This document shows positions 37,243-46,473 of a stretch of DNA of 64,000 bases, in pieces. The DNA lies in IMG/VR virus record IMGVR_UViG_3300009158_000031, positions 124,001 to 188,000 of that record. One strand, 5' to 3'. Numbering within the stretch: position 1 is the first letter of the stretch; each line of letters starts with the position of its first letter. The translations under genes were made by a program, and so were the position numbers. Below the pieces are notes generated by a model that did no database searches, had not been told where the DNA came from, and worked only from the letters and a program-made list of their open reading frames with translations.

Positions 37243-37962
37243 ATGAAAGCGATTATAATTTCTATATTGCTATTATTTTTTGCTCAAGCAAGTATTGCTC
37301 AGATTGGTACTATAAAATCTGAGCAATATCAAGCTGAGTTTGAAAAGAAGCAATCTCTTGATGCATTACCAGAATATACTGATACAGTTAAAGTTCCCAT
37401 TCAAATTCTTAAAATTGGAATCAATTCAGAATTGTATGAGATGTACCCTGAATTGAAAGATAAAAGAGTTGGTTTAGGTGTAACTAATATTGTTCTAGAA
37501 TATCTTGAATATACTAATCGTTTTGTATTCACTGAAGATAAACTTGAAATTAAAGAACGTATGGTTCAGCAATTTAAAGCATCTGATAAAGGATTTACTG
37601 AAAATAAAATAGACGGTAGAGGAAAGATCAAACTCGCTAAATATTTTGTTTATATTGAGGTCTATGATTTTTCTGTATCTGATGATGAAGTTGTAAAAAT
37701 TAATGGCGAATCAAAAACCACTCAAATAACTCGTTTAGGTTTACAAATTAAATTTGTGGATGCTGAGACTGGTGAAATTATTATGGGATCCGGTCTTGGT
37801 GAAGCATCAACTATTAAGACGGTTTCTATTTTAGATGGAGTTGATGATAGTGAAATTAAGTTCAATCAATCACACATTGGTATAACTACCAAGAAATCTC
37901 TTGAAACGGCATCTTCTAGAATTGTTTCGAGAATGATTAAAAAAGGCATATTCAAATCGTAA
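37243..37962 (+). CDS. CsgG/HfaB-like exported protein
   Basis: Signal peptide from ATG 37243 (MKAIIISILLLFFAQASIAQ); GLGVTNIVLEYL..RFVFTE, YFVYIEVYDFSV, LQIKFVDAETGEII..G.G follow the CsgG pattern. Confidence 0.75.
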   Translation: MKAIIISILLLFFAQASIAQIGTIKSEQYQAEFEKKQSLDALPEYTDTVKVPIQILKIGINSELYEMYPELKDKRVGLGVTNIVLEYLEYTNRFVFTEDKLEIKERMVQQFKASDKGFTENKIDGRGKIKLAKYFVYIEVYDFSVSDDEVVKINGESKTTQITRLGLQIKFVDAETGEIIMGSGLGEASTIKTVSILDGVDDSEIKFNQSHIGITTKKSLETASSRIVSRMIKKGIFKS

Positions 37963-39726
37963 ATGTACATTAGATCAATTATATTCTTTATTGCCTTTTG
38001 GTTCACGTCAATAGCAAGTTATGGTCAGTCTTTTAATTATTCATATACTGATCCTTGTACAGGTGTAGTCAAGACAATACCGGTTTCTACTAATGGAATA
38101 ACGGTAACCTATTACGGCCAAATCCATACATTTCAACCTACTGATTTTTACAATGGAGGTTTTGAAAGTTGGGCTCAAACGGTATACTCATCCTTTGGAA
38201 ATAATAATCCATGTGCTTCTATTGTAGGTCTTCCTACTGGAATTAATATAGCACAAAACACAGCAATCAATTTCTTAAGTATTATAAATTCTCTATCTGC
38301 TATTAGTGATTTATCTTCTTTAGGTGGAGCTACTAATTTATTATCAGGAATTGGAAGTGTTTCCGGTTCTACTAGTAATAAAAAGAAAGATGATAAAAAG
38401 AGTGGATCCGCTCAAACAGACGGAACAACCACAACTACTGAAGGTAGCGTATCAACTCCTAATGGAGGATCAACAACATCAGGTTCATCAGGAAATTCCG
38501 GATCCACTCAAACGAATGGAACTGCTACAAATACGGAAGGAAGCGTATCAACTCCAAGTGGAGGTTCAACAACTTCAGGATCTTCTACTAATCAAGGAAC
38601 TGGAAATACAAATCCAACTCAACCTACTCAAACAGGAGGTCAAACAACTCAACCACCGGTAGGTTCTACTCAAAATCAAACTGGCACAAATGGAAATAAT
38701 AACACGAGTAATACCAATAGTAATTCTAGTGGGTCTAGTAATACTAGCAATAATACAAACAATACTCAACCTACGACTGGTACAAATCAAACACAAAACC
38801 CTACCACAACCCAAAATGGAAATTCACAGAGTGGAAGCACAAATTCAAATAGCGGCAATGCTAACCAAAATGGGAGTGGATCCTCTAATAGCAATGGATC
38901 GAGCAACCAAAATGGTAGCGGATCAAACTCAAACGATGGATCTTCTCAAGAAGGTAAAAGTGGAAGCGGAAATACTCAAGGAAGCGAAACGCCTAAAGAA
39001 GAAGGTGGAAAAACCAACCTAGTAGGTGGAGCCGTTTCGACTTTAGCAAATTCAACTAGTTCTGGTAAAGCCGCTTCAACTGAAAGTAGAAAACCCACAA
39101 TTCTAGGAAGTAGTGATTTTGTTGGATTTAATTTTAAAGATTCCGATATTGATCGAGGAGCTAAATTTACAGGAGGTTATACTTCATTAAGATGGGATGG
39201 ACAAAGATCCCATGGAATTTTAGTTGATTATACAACTGCTCTTAAAGGACCAAATATTACTGGATTTTATGCAATCATAAAGAAGAAGAGAATTGATTTA
39301 ATATCAACTACGCTTACATTAGGATTTGATCGAAAGACTTCGGTTTATGGAACTTTGGCTCTTGGTCAAATGTGGAATATTGATAAAAAGAAAAAACTTA
39401 AAGCAGTATACATGTTAACCGGATCATTTGGTTCTGTATATGGCGAAGAATTTGTTGGTACTGCTGCAATTGCCGGTGTAATGTACGATTGGAAAATTTC
39501 TAAACGAATAGATATTAAATTAATGGGGCTATATGTCTATGCTCCATATGTTAGTTATTATAATGACATACTACTAAAATCTCCTCATGTAGTTCTTCCT
39601 ATCATTGGAACTAACATTGGACTTACGAAGAGATTTAAGTTAAACATAAATGGTGGTGGAGCTTGGGCATTACAAGAAAATGCATTAAACTACACCATAA
39701 TGATGGGTACTAGATTTTTATTATGA
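37963..39726 (+). CDS. Outer-membrane beta-barrel protein with a long Ser/Thr/Asn/Gly-rich stalk
   Basis: Signal peptide; about 220-aa low-complexity linker with a 31-aa duplication (TEGSVSTPNGGSTTSGSS / TEGSVSTPSGGSTTSGSS); amphipathic strands ending NYTIMMGTRFLL. Confidence 0.65.
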   Translation: MYIRSIIFFIAFWFTSIASYGQSFNYSYTDPCTGVVKTIPVSTNGITVTYYGQIHTFQPTDFYNGGFESWAQTVYSSFGNNNPCASIVGLPTGINIAQNTAINFLSIINSLSAISDLSSLGGATNLLSGIGSVSGSTSNKKKDDKKSGSAQTDGTTTTTEGSVSTPNGGSTTSGSSGNSGSTQTNGTATNTEGSVSTPSGGSTTSGSSTNQGTGNTNPTQPTQTGGQTTQPPVGSTQNQTGTNGNNNTSNTNSNSSGSSNTSNNTNNTQPTTGTNQTQNPTTTQNGNSQSGSTNSNSGNANQNGSGSSNSNGSSNQNGSGSNSNDGSSQEGKSGSGNTQGSETPKEEGGKTNLVGGAVSTLANSTSSGKAASTESRKPTILGSSDFVGFNFKDSDIDRGAKFTGGYTSLRWDGQRSHGILVDYTTALKGPNITGFYAIIKKKRIDLISTTLTLGFDRKTSVYGTLALGQMWNIDKKKKLKAVYMLTGSFGSVYGEEFVGTAAIAGVMYDWKISKRIDIKLMGLYVYAPYVSYYNDILLKSPHVVLPIIGTNIGLTKRFKLNINGGGAWALQENALNYTIMMGTRFLL

Positions 39727-40715
39727 GAAAGTTTATCACCACAATAATTGCCATCTTGTTAACCGGTGCTACATATGCACAAGCGTTTACATATTCAGGC
39801 TACATATATAACGCAAATGGTACAGGAGCAGTAAATGTTCCAGTAAAGTTATATAAGAGAACAACTCCAAATATAACTGGTTTTACGTCTCAAACAAACT
39901 ATAATGGTCACTCATATTATAGATCAACCGGTTCTATGACGTGGACTGATGCAAAACAAGCTTGCATAAATATGAATGGGCACTTGGTTACAATTGCTAA
40001 CGCCTCTGAACAATCATTCGTATTTAATACATGGCCATCAGGATGGATTGGATTTACTGATGAATCGGTTGAAGGTACATTTGTATGGGTAACTGGAGAA
40101 CCTGTAAATTATACCAATTGGAATCCTGGTGAACCAAATAATGCAGGCAATGAAGATTATGCTCAATTTGTTAGTGGCGGTAAATGGAATGATCTACCTA
40201 ACACATCTTTACCTTATGTAATTGAATTTGATTATATTGTAACCACTACTCCATGGGTTTTGCATCAAACCGTATACACAAACGCTAGTGGATATTATTC
40301 ATTCAATCAATTGACAAATCCATCAGTTGAATGGTATATTCGATATGATGCACCAACACCAATCACAATACATCAAACATCTGATTTAAGTACAATTGGA
40401 AATATCGTATTAGGAGTTACCACCAAGAAATCTTTACATTGGAATATGTTCGATGTGAATAATGATGGAAATATAACGATATCTGATGCATACTATGTGA
40501 GTGGAAAGAAAAACGGAATATTTGCAAGTTGGATTGGATCTCAATCATCAGCCTTATATACGCCAGCCCAATTTAATATTCTAAATACCGGAACTACTAA
40601 TTTAAAGGCAACATACCCTGGAGTAAGCTCATTTACAATATCAACTCCAGTGAATGGTGGATCTGCAAATTATTACCTAATTGCTCCAGGTTATGCTGGA
40701 CAAGTAACATACTAA
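39723..40715 (+). CDS. Secreted Ig-like/C-type lectin/dockerin-like protein
   Basis: Signal peptide; CTLD motifs MTWTDAKQAC, GHLVTI, WIGFTDE..EGTFVWVTGE..NYTNWNPGEPNN..EDYA..GKWNDL; FDVNNDGNITISDAY. Confidence 0.88.
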   Translation: MRKFITTIIAILLTGATYAQAFTYSGYIYNANGTGAVNVPVKLYKRTTPNITGFTSQTNYNGHSYYRSTGSMTWTDAKQACINMNGHLVTIANASEQSFVFNTWPSGWIGFTDESVEGTFVWVTGEPVNYTNWNPGEPNNAGNEDYAQFVSGGKWNDLPNTSLPYVIEFDYIVTTTPWVLHQTVYTNASGYYSFNQLTNPSVEWYIRYDAPTPITIHQTSDLSTIGNIVLGVTTKKSLHWNMFDVNNDGNITISDAYYVSGKKNGIFASWIGSQSSALYTPAQFNILNTGTTNLKATYPGVSSFTISTPVNGGSANYYLIAPGYAGQVTY

Positions 40716-40721
40716 ATATTT

Positions 40722-41177
40722 ATGAAAAATCTACTTCTTATATTACTTCTGCTTCCAATGTTATCATTCGGACAAATCAATTCATGTGTTCATGTTGATT
40801 CGGTTTATTCAACCGCTAAATATAAGGATATGGGTAATCGTGATATTCGCTTTGGTATTAGACAAATGACCGAGGATATTCTTTCTGAAAAATATTGTAT
40901 CAATTCATCATCTCCGGATGTAGATGTAGAGGTATTTTTCTTTGGTTTACCTAGAAGTACTTATAGAATAATTGGAGTAGAGAAAACTAATCAAATAACT
41001 CAAGTTGGCATTCGTATTTATTATAATGGTGTTAAATACGAAGCTTATGGAGAATCTGATACTGAAATACGAACTGTGATGTTAGAGATTGTTGAAGGAC
41101 AGACTCCATTTTCAAAGATGACGGTTTCTAATGCGATAAAAAAAGCAATAGAATCATGCGTATCTCAAATGCCTTAA
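40722..41177 (+). CDS. Exported protein, possibly CsgG/LptE-like fold
   Basis: Signal peptide; alpha/beta pattern ending in helix VSNAIKKAIE. Confidence 0.45.
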   Translation: MKNLLLILLLLPMLSFGQINSCVHVDSVYSTAKYKDMGNRDIRFGIRQMTEDILSEKYCINSSSPDVDVEVFFFGLPRSTYRIIGVEKTNQITQVGIRIYYNGVKYEAYGESDTEIRTVMLEIVEGQTPFSKMTVSNAIKKAIESCVSQMP

Positions 41178-41617
41178 TTATATTCTTACTCTTTATACCA
41201 TCATTCATATTTGGACAAATTAAAGTTCAAGATGTTGGTGACGGATGGCAAAGCAAAGTAGATTCTGCTATTACTCTTATACAGAAAACTGATACCATCG
41301 CCTATCAAATCTTAATAGAAAATTGTAAGGATGTGGAATTTATTATTGGTAAGTACTCTACTACTAAACCTCCTTATACGATTGCTATAACCACTAAAGA
41401 TATGAATCTAAATTCCATCAATAATATAGCAGCCGTGTTAATACATGAATCATATCATCTTTTTATATACAATAACAAAATAGTATATTCACCAACCGAT
41501 GAAGAAGCCACTTGCTATGAAAGAGAATATGAATTTCTTTGTAAACTCCCTAATGTTGAAGATTGGCTATTTCTTAATGCCATGAACAACATCATCCTTT
41601 TCCGAAATCGGAAGTAA
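41156..41617 (+). CDS. Exported zincin-like metallopeptidase
   Basis: Signal peptide; IAAVLIHESYH (HExxH) followed by EEATCY. Confidence 0.65.
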   Translation: MRISNALIIFLLFIPSFIFGQIKVQDVGDGWQSKVDSAITLIQKTDTIAYQILIENCKDVEFIIGKYSTTKPPYTIAITTKDMNLNSINNIAAVLIHESYHLFIYNNKIVYSPTDEEATCYEREYEFLCKLPNVEDWLFLNAMNNIILFRNRK

Positions 41618-41671
41618 CTTTTTATTACACGGTTCATATAATTAATATATTGATCTCTTAAAATTAAGGAA

Positions 41672-42298
41672 ATGAAACCACACAAGCTAAAAGGAGATTT
41701 TGATCTAGATGAATCTTCATCTAACAAAATCAAAGAAGTAAAAGATAAAATATCCAATTGGCTTTGGATGAATATTGGATGGCAATTTAGATACATTTAT
41801 CGTAAAATTCGTAATCTAATTAGATGGACTCCTATTATTTGGAAAGATCAAGATTGGGATGATACTTTCATATTTGAAATTCTAAAATTCAAATTGACCA
41901 ATCAAGCTAAATATATTGGTGGTCAGGATCGTCATACAACGGCAAAAAGAGATGCCGAGATTATGATGACTTGCGTTAGATTAATTGATCGTATACAAGA
42001 TGATTTCTATGATAGTGAATATACAGATTATCATGAAGCTGATTTTAGATTTGAAGATTGCGAAGATAAACCCGGATATTCACAATTACACATTGATGAG
42101 ATTTCTAATAGATTTCCAGAATACTTCTCTAAATATCCAAGACAATATAAACGAGCATTAGATCCTAATACTCATTGGTATTATAGCGAGAAATCTGATA
42201 AGACAATTGCAATGTGGATTAGTAACGAAAATCAAAAACGAGCACAAACTCTACTCTTCAAAATTATAAACGAAAGAATCCAAGGATGGTGGGATTAA
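41672..42298 (+). CDS. Conserved phage hypothetical protein
   Basis: 208 aa; IWKDQDWD..FEILKFKL..GWWD. Confidence 0.6.
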   Translation: MKPHKLKGDFDLDESSSNKIKEVKDKISNWLWMNIGWQFRYIYRKIRNLIRWTPIIWKDQDWDDTFIFEILKFKLTNQAKYIGGQDRHTTAKRDAEIMMTCVRLIDRIQDDFYDSEYTDYHEADFRFEDCEDKPGYSQLHIDEISNRFPEYFSKYPRQYKRALDPNTHWYYSEKSDKTIAMWISNENQKRAQTLLFKIINERIQGWWD

Positions 42299-42403
42299 TC
42301 AACAGATGTACTTCTTAGTTCATCTATTGACCCTAATAGAATCAATAACTATTATATACATTATCTTACAATCAATACCTCTATTGTTAATAATTGGCTA
42401 AAA

Positions 42404-42470
42404 TTGTTAATAACTTTATGACTCGAGATTTTTTAATCTCGGTTTTTTGTATTATATTTATACTATAATT
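42404..42470 (+). promoter_or_regulatory. Composite promoter, copy 7 (variant -7: TATATTTA-TACTATAAT) with internal palindrome
   Basis: TTGTTAATAACTT at 42404 (partial copy at 42384); CGAGATT-TTTT-AATCTCG at 42424-42441; TATATTTA at 42453. Confidence 0.72.
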
Positions 42471-42481
42471 AATTAAACAAT

Positions 42482-43126
42482 ATGAAGATAGAAATTCCAA
42501 AAGGCGTAAACGTTTGGTTTACTTCGGATACCCATTACAATCACAAAAACATTTGTCGAGGCGTAAGTACATGGGAAGCTGGAAGAGGAACTCGAGATTT
42601 TACAAATCTACAAAAGATGAACGATGCGATCGTTAATCAAATCAATTCAAAGGTAATGGAAGATGATATTCTTTTCCATCTTGGTGATTGGTCATTTGGT
42701 GGATTTGAATCTATTATGGAATTTCGTAATCGTATCGTTTGTAAAAACATTCACTTAATCTTAGGTAATCATGACCATCATATCGAAAATAATGCAGATG
42801 ATGTTCAAGATTTATTTTCTTCTGTTAATCAGTACTTGAAAATGCAAATCAACATTAACCGAACAGCAAATGGCGTAGATAAACATAACTTCGTTTTATG
42901 TCATTATCCTCTTGGATCTTGGCACGATATGGCAATGGGTGTAATACATTTACATGGTCACGTTCACCTTCCACCAAATTTAAAACTTGGTGAAGGAAAG
43001 GCAATGGATGTAGGTGTTGATGGAAATAATATGGCAGTATACTCATTACAAGAAATTGTGAACATCATGAAGAAACAACCAATTGCCTCTTTACGTTTAC
43101 CAAAAGATCATCATGAACAAGTCTAA
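42482..43126 (+). CDS. Calcineurin-like metallophosphoesterase
   Basis: TSDTHYNH, HLGDWS, LGNHDHH, CHYP, HLHGHVH, DVGVD. Confidence 0.92.
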   Translation: MKIEIPKGVNVWFTSDTHYNHKNICRGVSTWEAGRGTRDFTNLQKMNDAIVNQINSKVMEDDILFHLGDWSFGGFESIMEFRNRIVCKNIHLILGNHDHHIENNADDVQDLFSSVNQYLKMQININRTANGVDKHNFVLCHYPLGSWHDMAMGVIHLHGHVHLPPNLKLGEGKAMDVGVDGNNMAVYSLQEIVNIMKKQPIASLRLPKDHHEQV

Positions 43127-43138
43127 CATAAAATAAAT

Positions 43139-43543
43139 ATGAAAAATCTAATTCTACTTCGAGGATTACCAGGTTCTGGAAAATCCACAGCTGCAAAACT
43201 ATTTCAAGGATCAGGATATTCTTCACATTATGAAGCCGATATGTATTTCCTTAATAAAGAAACTGGTGAATATCAATTTGATCCGAGTAAATTAAAATTG
43301 GCTCATAATTGGTGTGCTATACAAACTCAAAAAGCAATGGTTGATGAGATACCTACTATTATAATCTCGAATACATTTACTCAAGAATGGGAAATGGACA
43401 ATTATCGTGAATTAGCAAAAATGCACGATTATCAAGTATTTACTCTAATTGTAGAAAATCGTCATGGTGGAGTTAATGTACATGGAGTACCTGATGATAA
43501 ATTAAAAGCAATGGAAGACCGTTTTGAACTTAAATTAATATAA
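43139..43543 (+). CDS. P-loop kinase (polynucleotide-kinase/AAA_33-like)
   Basis: LILLRGLPGSGKST, HYEADMYF, IISNTFT, NVHGVP. Confidence 0.88.
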   Translation: MKNLILLRGLPGSGKSTAAKLFQGSGYSSHYEADMYFLNKETGEYQFDPSKLKLAHNWCAIQTQKAMVDEIPTIIISNTFTQEWEMDNYRELAKMHDYQVFTLIVENRHGGVNVHGVPDDKLKAMEDRFELKLI

Positions 43544-43544
43544 C

Positions 43545-43763
43545 ATGAAAAATGACAGACACATTTGGGAAGGTTGGACAGCTCAATCTTTTATCGATGA
43601 ATTACAACCAATCTTTAATATGATAATCCAAAATCAATCTCATATTAAACCTTTTAAAACAAAAGAAGAACTTAAAACCTGGTGTAAGGATCATCAACCT
43701 TACTATAAGAAACATATACCAGAAGTATACAATCATTTCTTAGAACTTACTGAATTAAAATAA
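43545..43763 (+). CDS. Hypothetical protein
   Basis: 72-aa ORF in operon. Confidence 0.6.
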   Translation: MKNDRHIWEGWTAQSFIDELQPIFNMIIQNQSHIKPFKTKEELKTWCKDHQPYYKKHIPEVYNHFLELTELK

Positions 43764-44012
43764 ATGGGAAAAATAATATTAGAATTCGATTCAATCGAAG
43801 AATCGCAAGATGCAAGAGTAGCATTGGATGCGATGAAATGGAAAATGGCAATGTGGGACTTAGATCAAAAGTTAAGAGGAACTACTAAATATGGAGCAAG
43901 TCAACTTGATACAGCAAAAGAAGCAACAGATGAAGAGATGAATATTGCAGAAAAATACAGAAATACGATTAGGGAAATACTTAATGAATATAATCTAAAC
44001 ATAGAAGATTAA
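43764..44012 (+). CDS. Hypothetical protein
   Basis: 82-aa ORF, TAAATG-coupled. Confidence 0.6.
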   Translation: MGKIILEFDSIEESQDARVALDAMKWKMAMWDLDQKLRGTTKYGASQLDTAKEATDEEMNIAEKYRNTIREILNEYNLNIED

Positions 44013-44032
44013 ACGATTACAAAATATAATAG

Positions 44033-44293
44033 ATGAAAAATATTGATATTGAATTAGACCGAATAAATGTTCGTTCAGAACAAATACTTGATAGATTAAA
44101 AGAAATTCAAGGAGAAAGAACAACTATTAAATTCAAGATAAAAAATAATCTAATAGATTTTGTTTTAGGAGAGCTACAAATGCAAACACTCGATTATGAA
44201 GCACTTCTTCTAGTCGAAGAAACGGTAGAATTAGAAGTAGATATTTCGTTCGTGGAGTTAATCGATGAATTGGATATTGATATACAAAGATAA
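44033..44293 (+). CDS. Hypothetical acidic protein
   Basis: 86-aa ORF. Confidence 0.5.
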   Translation: MKNIDIELDRINVRSEQILDRLKEIQGERTTIKFKIKNNLIDFVLGELQMQTLDYEALLLVEETVELEVDISFVELIDELDIDIQR

Positions 44294-44299
44294 AAAATT

Positions 44300-44914
44300 A
44301 TGAAAGCGTTAAAAAAAATAAAGTACTTCATCAAAGATTTCGAATTTTTGAAGGCGTATAACTCACCATTCCTAGCACCAAAACCTCATTTGTACATTGG
44401 AAAAATTGCTTTAGGAACACCACATTTTTTTCCTAGAAAATGGGTAAAGGCTACTCCAGAAAGAGCTACTGAGGCAGCTTTACGAGAAATTGAAGATACC
44501 AAGAAATTTAATGAAAATCATACCGAATATAAAAGAACCGTCAAGACTTTTGATGATCTTTATGTAGAGAAGATGAGATGGTCTTATACCGAACCTAAAA
44601 AAATCGGTTTTGATTTTGTTTCACTTGGTTGGAAAACTAAATGGTCAGATACCGATTATCGTTTTGAATGGTCGCCTAGATGGTCATTTGTCTTTTTTAA
44701 ATGGCAAATTGCCATTACGTTTGTTGCTCCTCAAATAGATCATTATTGGGAATGTTGGTTATTTTATACTCGAAATACTGATAAAACTAAATCAATTGAA
44801 CAAAGAATCATTCAATGTAGAAAAGAATTTCCTTGTAATTGGATTTCCTCAATTGATGGAGTAAAAACAACTACTTGTTATTGGGATGTAATTTTAAAGG
44901 AAAAATGGTTATAA
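44300..44914 (+). CDS. Hypothetical protein
   Basis: 204-aa Trp-rich ORF. Confidence 0.6.
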   Translation: MKALKKIKYFIKDFEFLKAYNSPFLAPKPHLYIGKIALGTPHFFPRKWVKATPERATEAALREIEDTKKFNENHTEYKRTVKTFDDLYVEKMRWSYTEPKKIGFDFVSLGWKTKWSDTDYRFEWSPRWSFVFFKWQIAITFVAPQIDHYWECWLFYTRNTDKTKSIEQRIIQCRKEFPCNWISSIDGVKTTTCYWDVILKEKWL

Positions 44915-44926
44915 CATATAATAGAT

Positions 44927-45493
44927 ATGAAAGTAATATTTTTAGATAATGATGGAGTAATTTGTTTATCTAGCAATTGGGGTGGAAGATCTAAGAAATG
45001 GTCTAATTATAGGAGTGAAAATCCTGAATCTAGTAATGACTTAAGATCTGCTCCTGTTACCGTGAGATTTGATAATTTCGATAAGAAAGCCATTAAAATT
45101 CTTAACGAAGTTATTGAGGAAACTGGTGCTGAAATTGTGGTAAGTTCTGATTGGAAACTTCACGCAAATCTCGAAGAACTTGGAGATTATTATGAATCAC
45201 AAGGAATCGTTAAAAGGCCTATTGCAATAACTCCTAACTTAGAAGATTTTGATCCTGATTCTGCTGGCATATATCATTGGAAAGGGTGGAAGGAAAGAGC
45301 TCGAATATTAGAAATACAAAAGTATCTTGAACTACATCCAGAGATTACACATTGGGTTGCTATTGATGATTTGAATATGTCACCAGAATATAACCAAGAT
45401 CATGGATTAGAACATTTCGTTTTAACGCCGAGATCGAATGAAGGAATTAAACAATCCGGTATAAAAGAAAAACTAATTAATAAATTGAAATAG
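44927..45493 (+). CDS. HAD-superfamily phosphatase (Swiss-Army-Knife RNA-repair-like HAD)
   Basis: KVIFLDNDGV, IVVSSDWK, WVAIDD. Confidence 0.85.
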   Translation: MKVIFLDNDGVICLSSNWGGRSKKWSNYRSENPESSNDLRSAPVTVRFDNFDKKAIKILNEVIEETGAEIVVSSDWKLHANLEELGDYYESQGIVKRPIAITPNLEDFDPDSAGIYHWKGWKERARILEIQKYLELHPEITHWVAIDDLNMSPEYNQDHGLEHFVLTPRSNEGIKQSGIKEKLINKLK

Positions 45494-46156
45494 ATGGAAA
45501 CGAAGATTGTTTGTATCTCTGATACACATGGTAAACACAAACAAATTCCCGAAGATTGGTTTCCTGAAGGAGATATTATCGTACATGCCGGTGATATTAG
45601 TTCAATGGGTTATTTACACGAAATAGAAGAATTTTGTAAATGGTACTCTAATCTATCATATTCTTATAAGATTCTTATTGCAGGAAATCATGATTGGGGA
45701 TTCCAAACTAAACCTCAGGAAGTAAAAGAAATTCTTGATCGTTATCCAGAAATTACCTACCTACAAGATTCTAGTATAGAAATACGAGGTATTAAATTCT
45801 GGGGTTCTCCATGGCAACCTGAATTTTGTGATTGGGCTTTCAATCTTAAAAGAGGACCTCGAATTCTAGAAAGATGGAAACAAATACCCGAAGATACTCG
45901 AGTACTTATTACTCATGGTCCTGTACAGGGAAGATGTGATATGACATTAAGTGGAGAATTCGTTGGTTGTGAAATGCTTGAAATGGAACTTCATACTAGA
46001 TTAAATGTTGAGCTACATATATGCGGACATATTCATTGTGCTCATGGAGAAACTCATGATGGTAAAACACATTTCATCAATGCCGCAATTCTAAACGAAC
46101 GTTATCAAGTACAATATAAACCGATCGTTTACACCGTTGACCTAAACGACGAATAA
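45494..46156 (+). CDS. Metallophosphoesterase (MPPED/239FB-like)
   Basis: CISDTHG, VHAGD, IAGNHD, GSPWQP, ITHGP, HICGHIH. Confidence 0.92.
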   Translation: METKIVCISDTHGKHKQIPEDWFPEGDIIVHAGDISSMGYLHEIEEFCKWYSNLSYSYKILIAGNHDWGFQTKPQEVKEILDRYPEITYLQDSSIEIRGIKFWGSPWQPEFCDWAFNLKRGPRILERWKQIPEDTRVLITHGPVQGRCDMTLSGEFVGCEMLEMELHTRLNVELHICGHIHCAHGETHDGKTHFINAAILNERYQVQYKPIVYTVDLNDE

Positions 46157-46175
46157 ATATAAAAAACAACTTACC

Positions 46176-46469
46176 ATGGATAAAATTCCTACATATAAAA
46201 ACTATAAACAAGATTTTACGACTAAGAAGCTAGATGAAGCCGGCATGAAAGTATCTCGTCAACTTCAAAAAGCAACCGAAGATTATCATCAAGCACAACT
46301 AGATATGCAGACTATACAAAAAGATTTTATTGCAACTGCTAAAAATGATGAATCTAAACGTAAAGAACTTAAAGATAAACTAATTAAACAAAATGAAATC
46401 GTCAAAACCAAAGAGAAAGCGTTTCATCAAGCCCTTGGCAACGAGGACATTGACGATCTTGAAATCTAA
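46176..46469 (+). CDS. Coiled-coil protein with weak CTS-like start
   Basis: MDKIPTYKNYKQDF..KLDE; helical. Confidence 0.5.
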   Translation: MDKIPTYKNYKQDFTTKKLDEAGMKVSRQLQKATEDYHQAQLDMQTIQKDFIATAKNDESKRKELKDKLIKQNEIVKTKEKAFHQALGNEDIDDLEI

Positions 46470-46473
46470 AAAT

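Noticed and set aside
39723-40715. C-type lectin as the target of a diversity-generating retroelement
   Set aside because: No reverse transcriptase and no adenine-variant template repeat was seen in the window.
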